NCBI GenBank assembly: GCA_963781585.1
Contig: CAWAGQ010000007.1
Span: forward strand, 352,001-416,000
Direction of reading: 5' to 3'
DNA from: an uncultured Gemmatimonadaceae bacterium
Lineage (GTDB): Bacteria; Gemmatimonadota; Gemmatimonadetes; Gemmatimonadales; Gemmatimonadaceae
Length of the DNA stretch: 64,000 nucleotides
The translations under genes were made by a program, and so were the position numbers. Below the pieces are notes generated by a model. It did not search any database. It saw nothing but the letters and a program-made list of their open reading frames with translations, and was not told where the DNA came from. Of this stretch, positions 30,439-38,251 are shown one piece after another; position 1 is the first letter of the stretch, and every line of letters starts with the position of its first letter.

Positions 30439-33093
30439 ATGCCCGCCCGCTGGCTCGACGTCGTCAGGCTGCGGCTTCGGTCGCTTGCGCGCCGGACTCG
30501 CGCGGACCACGAACTGGATCGCGAACTGCGCGATCATCTCGAGCGGCAGGCCGAGGAGAACATGTCCCGGGGCATGTCGCCTGACGAGGCGCATCGCGAG
30601 GCGGTGCGAATGTTCGGCGGCGTGCAGCGTGTGCGCGAGGAGGCTCGGGATGCGCGTGGCGTTGCCGTGATCGAGAACCTCGCCCGCGACCTGCGCTACA
30701 CCCTGCGCGGCCTCCGCCGCGAGCCGCTGCTGCTGGTGGCCGCGGCAATGTCGATCGCGCTCGGCGCGGCCGCGAACATCGCCGTCTTCTCGCTGGCCCG
30801 CGCGTTTCTGCTCGCGTCGCCCGATGCGCGACGCCCCGAGCAGCTGGTGCAGATGCGCGTCAGTCACTCGAGTCACGTCACGTTTCAGCACTGGCGAGAC
30901 CTGAGGGAGAGCGGTGCGCTGGCCGACGTTGCCGGCTACTCGATCGAGAAGCAGGTCAACTGGTTCCACGACGGGGCGGCGGAGTCGATCACGCCGATGC
31001 TCGTGACATCGAACTTCTTCGAGCTGACGGGCGTGCCGCTGTCTCGCGGCCGCGGCTTCACCGAAGCCGAGGCCCGCGCCGACAACGATCCGCATGTCGC
31101 CGTGGTGTCGGACGCGTTCTGGCGGCATGCGCTGGCCGGCGACCCGGGCGTGGTGGGTCGATCGCTGCTGCTCAACGGCGAGCCGTATGCGATCGTCGGC
31201 ATGCTCATTCCGCGGCTGCGCAGTGTTGCCGGGCACGGCATCGCGCCGCAGGTCTACCTGCCGCTCAATCGCTCGCTCGTGCCGGAGATTCTCCAGCCCG
31301 GCGCCGGGGTCGTGCAGCTGATCGGACGACTCCGCCCCGATCAGACGATGGCACAGGGCCGCTCCGCGATGGATGCCGCCGACCGCCGCCTCGGCGCGGT
31401 GGCCGGGGACACGCTCTACGCGGGGGTGGACGAATTCGCGAAGCTGGGAGGAATCGGGAGCGCCAAGGAAGGACGCACCCTCGGCGGGTTTTTCGTGCTG
31501 CTCGGGGTGGTTTCGCTGTTCGTGCTGCTGATCGCCTGCGCGAACGTCGCCGGGCTGCTCGTGGCACGAGGGACGACGCGTCGCCGCGAGATCGCCATCC
31601 GTCTCGCGATCGGGGGCACGCGAGCGCGCCTGGTGCAACAGTTCCTGGCCGAGGGGTTCTGGCTCGCCTTGTTCGGGACCGGTGCGGGACTCGTGCTCAG
31701 CGTGTGGTTCATGCGACTCGTCAATGGCGTCACCCTTCCGCTGCCGTTCCCGATCGACCCCCACCTTGCGCTCGACCGGCCGGCGCTCGTCTGCGCTGTC
31801 GCCGTCGTCCTGGTCAGCACTCTTCTCTGCGCGCTCCTTCCCGCGGTTGGCGCGACTCGTCTCCAGCTGACCCAGGCGCTGAAGCGCGAGGAGCGCAGTT
31901 TCGGCGCGCGGCGCCTGACGAGCCGTGCGGTCCTGCTGACCGGACAGGTGGCGGTATCGACCGTCCTGGTCGTCACCGCGCTTCTCTTCGTGCAGAATCT
32001 GGCGCGTACCCAGACCACCAATCCGGGCTTCCGGATCGAGGACGCGCTGACCATCGAGGTGGGTTTCGCGGCGTCGCGACCGGATGACGATCGGACGGCG
32101 TGGCTCGCACGCGCGGTCGATCGCGCCCGCGGCCTGCCGGGCGTGGAACGCGTGTCGTTCGCGAACGCGGTGCCGCTCACCATGCACAGCGGGTCGCGGA
32201 ATGGACGCTCCGCCCGGTTCGACGATCGCCGGGAGCTCCAGCACGTCGAGTACGCCGAGAGCCTGGTGGGCCCGGAGTACTTCGCCACGATGGGCATCGG
32301 CCTGACGCGCGGCCGGGAATTCCTGACCTCCGATCGCGTAGGGGCGCCTGATGTGGCGATCGTGAACCAGGAGTTCGGGCGACGTTATTTCGGTGGGGGC
32401 GATCCGGTGGGGCATCGCGTCCGTTTCGAGTCGGATCAGGAGTCGCTCGAGTTCGAGATCGTGGGCGAAGTCGCCAACAGCAAGCACGCCACCCTCGGCG
32501 AAGAACAGCGGGCCGCGGTGTACTTTCCGCTGCTGCAGCATCCCGGCGGACTCGATCTCGCGTTCCTGCTGGTGCGCGCAGCCGGCGATCCGGCGCCGCT
32601 GGTGAAGCCGCTGGCGCAGGCGATCGGTGAGCTGGATCGGTCGGTCGCCGTTGCCGTCCAGACGATGCGCTCCGCGCTCGCGTTCGCGGTGTTGCCGAGC
32701 CGCATCGGTGCGGCGCTGCTTGGCTTGCTCGGCGGTCTGGGTCTCGTGCTGGCGGCGTTCGGGCTCTATGCCATCGTTTCGTACAACGTGAGCCGTCGGC
32801 TGGGTGAGATCGCGATTCGCATGGCGCTGGGCGCCACGCGCGGCGGGATCGCGCGGCTGGTCGTGCGGGATGCGTCGGTGCTGGTGGGCGTTGGTCTGGT
32901 ACTGGGGCTCGGGTTGGCGCTGCTGGTGACCCGGCCGCTCGCCCAATGGCTGGTGGAAGGGCTGAGCGCGAGCGATCCCGCGAGTTATCTCGCCACCGCC
33001 CTCGTGTTCCTGCTGGTGAGTGTGCTCGCGAGCTGGATTCCCGCTCGTCAGGCGGTGCGGGTAAGTCCGGTGATCGCGATGCGCGCGGACTGA
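30439..33093 (+). CDS. ADOP-type duplicated MacB/FtsX permease
   Basis: ELDRELRDHL, DLRYTLRGL, CANVAGLLVAR..RRREIAIRLAIG and EIAIRMALGA motifs. Confidence 0.92.
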   Translation: MPARWLDVVRLRLRSLARRTRADHELDRELRDHLERQAEENMSRGMSPDEAHREAVRMFGGVQRVREEARDARGVAVIENLARDLRYTLRGLRREPLLLVAAAMSIALGAAANIAVFSLARAFLLASPDARRPEQLVQMRVSHSSHVTFQHWRDLRESGALADVAGYSIEKQVNWFHDGAAESITPMLVTSNFFELTGVPLSRGRGFTEAEARADNDPHVAVVSDAFWRHALAGDPGVVGRSLLLNGEPYAIVGMLIPRLRSVAGHGIAPQVYLPLNRSLVPEILQPGAGVVQLIGRLRPDQTMAQGRSAMDAADRRLGAVAGDTLYAGVDEFAKLGGIGSAKEGRTLGGFFVLLGVVSLFVLLIACANVAGLLVARGTTRRREIAIRLAIGGTRARLVQQFLAEGFWLALFGTGAGLVLSVWFMRLVNGVTLPLPFPIDPHLALDRPALVCAVAVVLVSTLLCALLPAVGATRLQLTQALKREERSFGARRLTSRAVLLTGQVAVSTVLVVTALLFVQNLARTQTTNPGFRIEDALTIEVGFAASRPDDDRTAWLARAVDRARGLPGVERVSFANAVPLTMHSGSRNGRSARFDDRRELQHVEYAESLVGPEYFATMGIGLTRGREFLTSDRVGAPDVAIVNQEFGRRYFGGGDPVGHRVRFESDQESLEFEIVGEVANSKHATLGEEQRAAVYFPLLQHPGGLDLAFLLVRAAGDPAPLVKPLAQAIGELDRSVAVAVQTMRSALAFAVLPSRIGAALLGLLGGLGLVLAAFGLYAIVSYNVSRRLGEIAIRMALGATRGGIARLVVRDASVLVGVGLVLGLGLALLVTRPLAQWLVEGLSASDPASYLATALVFLLVSVLASWIPARQAVRVSPVIAMRAD

Positions 33094-33264
33094 GTTCCGG
33101 CACGGCGCAACGGCTCGCTGGGCCGCCAGGCCGCCAGGCCGCCCCGGAGCCGGATCGCAACGGGTCCGCCCCGAGTGGGCAACGCCGGACACCGGCCGCG
33201 GTCCGGCGAATGGGGCACGAGGGTCAGCAATGGTCGTTCCGGCAGCGGCTGGAACTTTCGTCTA

Positions 33265-33318
33265 TTGCGTCGACCGATAAATGGCGTAAATTGGAACGGG
33301 TTGTCGGCATTTCAGACA
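33265..33318 (+). promoter_or_regulatory. Candidate promoter and operator of the XRE-ImmA gene
   Basis: TTGCGT-16 bp-TAAATT in an AT-richer patch; imperfect palindrome TGTCGGCATTTCAGACA at 33302-33318. Confidence 0.4.
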
Positions 33319-33341
33319 CATCCGCCCTTCCGAGGCACTAA

Positions 33342-34505
33342 GTGGACCAGCTTCAAACGAGCAAGCGGCTGGGCGAACGGATTCGAGAGGCTCGTGCGCG
33401 CCTGGACCTGACGCAGGACCAGGTTGCGGCGCACCTCGCGATTCCTCGGTCCGCCGTGTCCGACATCGAGGCTGGCAAGCGCGAGGTGTCGGCGGCCGAA
33501 CTGGTCGGGCTTGCCGACCTGTTCGGGGAGTCGCTGGAGCAGCTTCTCGACGTGGCGGAGCGGCGCGCGGACGAGGATCTCATGCTTCGCGCCGCCACCG
33601 TCGCGACACCAGCGCGAGCGCAGCTCGAACACTGGATACGGCTTTGCGAGGAATACCAGTGGCTGGAGGGCGAGCTCGGGGAGGGGAAGGAGCGACAGTC
33701 CGACCTGCGGCCGACGCAGCGCACCTTCTCACGATTCGAGGACGCGCAGGCGCTGGCGGACGAGGAGCGCTCGCGCCTGGCGCTGGGACAGACTCCCGCA
33801 CACGTCCTACTTGGCGTCCTCGAGGAGCGGGTGGGCATCAAGGTGCTCTTTCTGGATCTCGAAGGTGAGATCTCCGGCGCGTCCGTGTCCAGCAGCCGGT
33901 TTGGGCCGGCGATCCTCGTCAATCGAGCGCACACGCCGGGCCGCCGCGTGTTTACGCTGGCGCACGAGCTCTTTCACCTCGTGGCGCGCGGGCCGATCGT
34001 GCGATTGGGGCAGCCGCCGGCATGGCACGTGTGCGACGTGTGGCCGAACACGGAAAAGAAGAGCCGCGTGGAGCAGCTCGCTGATCGGTTCGCGGGCCGG
34101 CTGCTGGTGCCCCCGGATCATTTTCTCGAGCGACTGCGGCTGATGCTCCGCGGCGACCAGCAGCTCGATGAGGTCGATCTGATCGAGGTTGCGCGCTACT
34201 TCGGTGTGAGTGTGCAGGCGGTGTTCGTTCAGCTCGCACTGCACAAGCTGGTCCCGTGGGATCTTGCCGTGGAGGGTTACCGCGAGCGCGTGGTGCAGGA
34301 GAGAATCGTGCAGGCGGCGCCCGAAGCGGGCGCCGAGCCCGAGCGATTCCGGCGGCTCGCGATCAAGGCGTATCGATCGGAGCGGATCTCTCGCGCGCGG
34401 CTGGCCGAGCTCCTGGGCATCGCCGCAACGGAGGTGGATGAGACGCTCAGCCGTCATGGCGCTGGAGGAACGGATCGTGGCTTCAGGGTCACACTGCCTC
34501 GTTGA
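33342..34505 (+). CDS. XRE HTH fused to an ImmA/IrrE-family (COG2856) Zn metallopeptidase
   Basis: LGERIREAR..LTQDQVA...SAVSDIEAGKREVS HTH; FTLAHELFH (HExxH); E..ADRFAGRLLVP; ARYFGVS; C-terminal ISRARLAELLG. Confidence 0.92.
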   Translation: MDQLQTSKRLGERIREARARLDLTQDQVAAHLAIPRSAVSDIEAGKREVSAAELVGLADLFGESLEQLLDVAERRADEDLMLRAATVATPARAQLEHWIRLCEEYQWLEGELGEGKERQSDLRPTQRTFSRFEDAQALADEERSRLALGQTPAHVLLGVLEERVGIKVLFLDLEGEISGASVSSSRFGPAILVNRAHTPGRRVFTLAHELFHLVARGPIVRLGQPPAWHVCDVWPNTEKKSRVEQLADRFAGRLLVPPDHFLERLRLMLRGDQQLDEVDLIEVARYFGVSVQAVFVQLALHKLVPWDLAVEGYRERVVQERIVQAAPEAGAEPERFRRLAIKAYRSERISRARLAELLGIAATEVDETLSRHGAGGTDRGFRVTLPR

Positions 34506-34881
34506 CGCATTGGTGCTGGCGGCGGGTGTGCGGAACGGTTTCCTCGAACGCTGGTGCGGGGAACGCCGGATTGCGGTGGGGGAGCTTACGTGCAAGGCGA
34601 TGCGGGAGTGGTACGCTGCGCACGGATCGCCGACAGCGATCGACGTGGGCGCGCTGGTGGCGGACGGACGAATCGCGGTGATAGGGGCGACGGCGCGAGA
34701 GCTGGCGGACGTGGTGCGGTGGGTGGGCGATCGCAGGTTGTCGCGCGCGGAGTTGGAGATGGTGGCGATCGTGCTGGCGGGGCGGGCGCGGATATGTACT
34801 ATGGATGGCATGGTACGGCGGGTGATGAGGGAGTTGGGGATCGATGATCGGTGTGTGGGGGTGGAGGAGCTGGTGTCGTGA
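34477..34881 (+). CDS. PIN-domain-like putative toxin
   Basis: GGAGGA RBS before GTG 34477 (ATG 34456 possible); CLVDA, LSRAELE and ICTMDG..RR match the PIN acidic motif spacing; overlaps the ImmA gene end. Confidence 0.6.
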   Translation: MASGSHCLVDALVLAAGVRNGFLERWCGERRIAVGELTCKAMREWYAAHGSPTAIDVGALVADGRIAVIGATARELADVVRWVGDRRLSRAELEMVAIVLAGRARICTMDGMVRRVMRELGIDDRCVGVEELVS

Positions 34882-34953
34882 ACGCGATTGGCCAACGGGC
34901 AGGGAAAACCACGGGGTGACGCATGGCTGCCGGGCGATCTGGCCGTGAGCTAA

Positions 34954-35061
34954 GACATCGTCGTGGTCACGGCGGACGAGATCGCGCAGCGCGCGTATCC
35001 GGGTGGCAGCGTGCTGCCGCCGACGCTGCGTGAGGGCACCGTCCTCTATGAACAAGGCTGA
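34954..35061 (+). pseudogene. Relic C-terminus of an MNT (minimal nucleotidyltransferase) antitoxin-like gene
   Basis: Translates DIVVVTADEIAQRAYPGGSVLPPTLREGTVLYEQG*, resembling the D-h-h-h-h-T-x-x-E...L-R-E-G-x-V-L-Y ending of MNT proteins; preceded by an in-frame TAA. Confidence 0.55.
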
Positions 35062-35236
35062 TCTGTTCGACGCGCTACCCTGGGGACTGACGGGAGGCAG
35101 ATCCGAGCGATGCACCGGGCGCCTGCGCGCAAGTCCAAGGCGTGTATGAGGGCGCGGTGGCCGACCGGCCACGCACGATGTTCAGGTGAACGAATCATAG
35201 GCACCTCATGCCACTCGCAATGACGGTTCACTCAAG

Positions 35237-35872
35237 ATGACGGCTATTGACCTGGTGTTTCCGGTATTCGGAATCACGATCGGGCGCGATCACGGCTACG
35301 ATCTGTACGGCGCGCTCTCGCGACATCTTCCAGGGCTGCACAGGGCGAAAGACGTCGGCATTTTCGCGATTAGAGGAACGCCAACTGGTGACGGAGCCCT
35401 CAACGTCGGCAGCCGATCCGGGCTTCGCATCCGCCTCCCGGCCGAGCGACTTCCGATGCTGCTGCCCATCGCCGGGAGGGTAATCGATGTGGGAGGGCAT
35501 CCCCTTCGTGTTGGGGTGCCACGAGTGCAAGCGCTGGTTCCGGCACCGACGTTGGCGTCGCCACTCGTGTTGATCAAGCTGGCGCATCCGAGCGATCGAG
35601 GCGTGACACCCGATCTCTTCCTCGCCGCGGCGCGGAGACAGCTCGATGCGCTTGGTGTTGCGGGCGAACCTGTCATCCCGCTCTTGAGAAGTGGCGCTCA
35701 CGCTGGTCAGCCGCGGCGACGCGTGATCCGCGTGAAGGATCAGACGCACGCTGGCTATGCCATGATCGTGGAAGGTCTGAGCGCCGATGACTCAATTCGA
35801 CTTCAAGAAGCGGGGCTGGGAGGGCGCCGGTTGATGGGCTGTGGTTTGTTCGGACCTGAGCGCGAAGCTTAA
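35237..35872 (+). CDS. cas6: CRISPR-associated endoribonuclease Cas6 (Myxococcus type)
   Basis: IDLVFP...DHGYDLYGALS start; C-terminal Gly-rich loop GLGGRRLMGCGLF. Confidence 0.92.
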   Translation: MTAIDLVFPVFGITIGRDHGYDLYGALSRHLPGLHRAKDVGIFAIRGTPTGDGALNVGSRSGLRIRLPAERLPMLLPIAGRVIDVGGHPLRVGVPRVQALVPAPTLASPLVLIKLAHPSDRGVTPDLFLAAARRQLDALGVAGEPVIPLLRSGAHAGQPRRRVIRVKDQTHAGYAMIVEGLSADDSIRLQEAGLGGRRLMGCGLFGPEREA

Positions 35873-38250
35873 TGACGCCGAACCTGATGGCGAAGTCGTC
35901 GCACAAGGGCCGCCCCGGCCGCACGCTCGTGGAGCACACGTGCGATGTGGTTGCCTCATTCATCGCGCTATTTGGAACGGCGGAAAGACCGACGCGGCTG
36001 GCGTGCCGCTGGGCTGCCTTCTTTCGGCTCGACGGTCCGAATGCCTTCCTGCGAAATGGACTGGCGGCCGCATGCGCTCACGATTTGGGCAAGGCGAACG
36101 ACGGCTTTCAGAGAGCCCTTGAAGGCAGCGGCAAGCAGCTTCTCCGTCATGAGCACCTCAGCGCGATGCTCCTGCACCTGCCGGCTGTGCATGATTGGTT
36201 GCGTGCGCGCGCCGATCTCGACCACGACGTAATTCTGTCGGCTGTCGTGACGCACCATCTCAAGGCTTCACTCGACAGCGTTGGACAAGTCCAAGGAGAA
36301 TTCGACTCGATTATTGATGTTAGCTGCGGGCATGAGGACTTCCGCCAGTTGCTCGAGCAGACTGCAAACGATCTTCGAATCGGCCTGCCCGTCCCGAGCG
36401 GGCTTCCCGTGCTCTGGTGCTTCGAGCCACAACCGGGAGACTTCGATGCCGGCGCCCATTTGCGGAGTTTGAAAAGGCGGCTCGGCGACTTTGATGACGA
36501 TTTGGTAGGCGACGAGCCACGTCGGCGACTGCTCTGGGCTGTTAGAGCGGCCCTAATCGCCGCCGACTCGGCGGGATCGGGTTTGGTGCGCGAGAACATT
36601 CCCATTGCCACATGGATCTCGGATGCATTCGACCCACAGCAACTCCTCGACGGTGATTCGATCCGCGAGAAAGTGATTTGCCCACGCGTTGAGGACCTGA
36701 AGGCAAAGCGTCGCTGGAAGGACTGGCAGGACTTCCAGCTGGCCTGCGACCACTTGGGCGACCGCGCCCTCATCCTGGCGCCCTGCGGGAGCGGCAAGAC
36801 GCTGGCTGCATGGCGGTGGATTGCCGGCCGCCTGGATGCGAATCCCGCCGCCAGAGTCATCTTCCTGTACCCAACGCGCGGCACAGCGACCGAAGGCTTT
36901 AGAGATTACGTATCATGGGCTCCGGAGGCGGACGCTGCTCTTGTTCACGGCACATCGACGTACGACCTGGACGGCCTGTTCGCGGATGCAGACGACGATG
37001 ACCCGAGAAGCGAAAAGTCTTTCGAATCGCGCGCCCGACTTTTCGCGCTCAAGCAGTGGCCGAAGCGCATCTTCTCCGCTACGGTCGACCAGTTCCTCGC
37101 TTTCCTCCAATATGGGTACGGCCCGATTTGCCACCTGCCGCTACTTGCGGACGCCGTGGTGGTGGTCGACGAGGTCCATAGCTTCGACCGCGGCATGTTC
37201 TCGTCCCTTCTGGATTTCCTCAAGACCTTCGACGTGCCCGTCTTATGCATGACGGCCACATTGCCAATCGATCGGCGCGCGAAATTGGAGGCATGCGGGC
37301 TGGAGGTCTACCCGCGCGAAATACCACCCGCGCTCCTGCGAAGCGCCAGCTATCCACGGTACGCTGTGCGACTTGGCGAGTCGGTTGCAGTGGCCAAGGA
37401 GTTTGTGCGCGCTGCTGTGCGCGACAGGCAGCGCGTACTCTGGGTTGTTAACACCGTCGCACGCGCTCAAGCCCTGGCGCGCGAGTTCGCCGTGGACGCG
37501 TCTTCGACCGTCCTTGAGGTGGAGCCCGGGATGCCGCTGTTCTGTTATCACAGCCGATTCAGGCTGGAGGATCGCAAGCGACAGCACCAATCGGTTATCG
37601 ATGCGTTCAAGCTCACTCGTGCTGTTGGCGCGACCCATGGAGCTCTCGCTATCGCCACACAGGTGTGCGAGATGAGCCTTGACCTCGACGCGGACGTGGT
37701 GGTCACCGAGGAAGCACCGGTCACGTCGCTCATTCAGAGGATGGGACGCGGTTGTCGTGAGTCTCTTCCCAGTAATGACCGATTCGCGAAGGTGTTGATC
37801 TATCCCGCGGAAGATGAGAAGCCGTACAGGCCCGAGCAGCTTCACGGTGTATCAGCCTTTAGCGAGCGTGTCTCGACGCCTGAACGCGTGTCGCAGATGG
37901 ACCTGGAAGCAGCGCTGGGCGAAGCACCGCAGCCGGCCGAGTTGCCGAAGGCTTGTCGATTCCTCGACAGCGGCCCATGGGCGGCTACAGGAGAGGACAG
38001 CTTCCGCGAGACGGACGGGTTCACCCGTCAGGCGCTGCTGCCGGAGGATGTTGAGGAGTTCGCGCGTCTCCGTCGCCGGCGTGACGAGGCCTGGAGGGCA
38101 GACGGGCTCGTTCTGCCGGTGCCTGTCTATCTGGCCAAAGGAAGGGACGATCGCCTGCCGACATATTTGCGCGTCGCAGAGGGAGGATTCTACCGATGCG
38201 CACTGGGCTATCTCGACGAACGCCCACCTGTTGCGGCGAGGATCGTCTGA
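35872..38250 (+). CDS. cas3: Cas3 HD nuclease-helicase
   Basis: L.EH, HDLGKAN, APCGSGKT, DEVH, MTAT, NTV, YHSRF, TQVCEMSLDLD and QRMGR motifs. Confidence 0.95.
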   Translation: MTPNLMAKSSHKGRPGRTLVEHTCDVVASFIALFGTAERPTRLACRWAAFFRLDGPNAFLRNGLAAACAHDLGKANDGFQRALEGSGKQLLRHEHLSAMLLHLPAVHDWLRARADLDHDVILSAVVTHHLKASLDSVGQVQGEFDSIIDVSCGHEDFRQLLEQTANDLRIGLPVPSGLPVLWCFEPQPGDFDAGAHLRSLKRRLGDFDDDLVGDEPRRRLLWAVRAALIAADSAGSGLVRENIPIATWISDAFDPQQLLDGDSIREKVICPRVEDLKAKRRWKDWQDFQLACDHLGDRALILAPCGSGKTLAAWRWIAGRLDANPAARVIFLYPTRGTATEGFRDYVSWAPEADAALVHGTSTYDLDGLFADADDDDPRSEKSFESRARLFALKQWPKRIFSATVDQFLAFLQYGYGPICHLPLLADAVVVVDEVHSFDRGMFSSLLDFLKTFDVPVLCMTATLPIDRRAKLEACGLEVYPREIPPALLRSASYPRYAVRLGESVAVAKEFVRAAVRDRQRVLWVVNTVARAQALAREFAVDASSTVLEVEPGMPLFCYHSRFRLEDRKRQHQSVIDAFKLTRAVGATHGALAIATQVCEMSLDLDADVVVTEEAPVTSLIQRMGRGCRESLPSNDRFAKVLIYPAEDEKPYRPEQLHGVSAFSERVSTPERVSQMDLEAALGEAPQPAELPKACRFLDSGPWAATGEDSFRETDGFTRQALLPEDVEEFARLRRRRDEAWRADGLVLPVPVYLAKGRDDRLPTYLRVAEGGFYRCALGYLDERPPVAARIV

Positions 38251-38251
38251 T

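Noticed and set aside
33121..33144. GGCCGCCA repeated about three times
   Set aside because: Short GC-rich microsatellite with no evident function.
30082..33192. 1036-aa minus-strand ORF and similar long antisense ORFs elsewhere
   Set aside because: Shadow ORFs of GC-rich genes; Arg/His/Ala-rich with no motifs.
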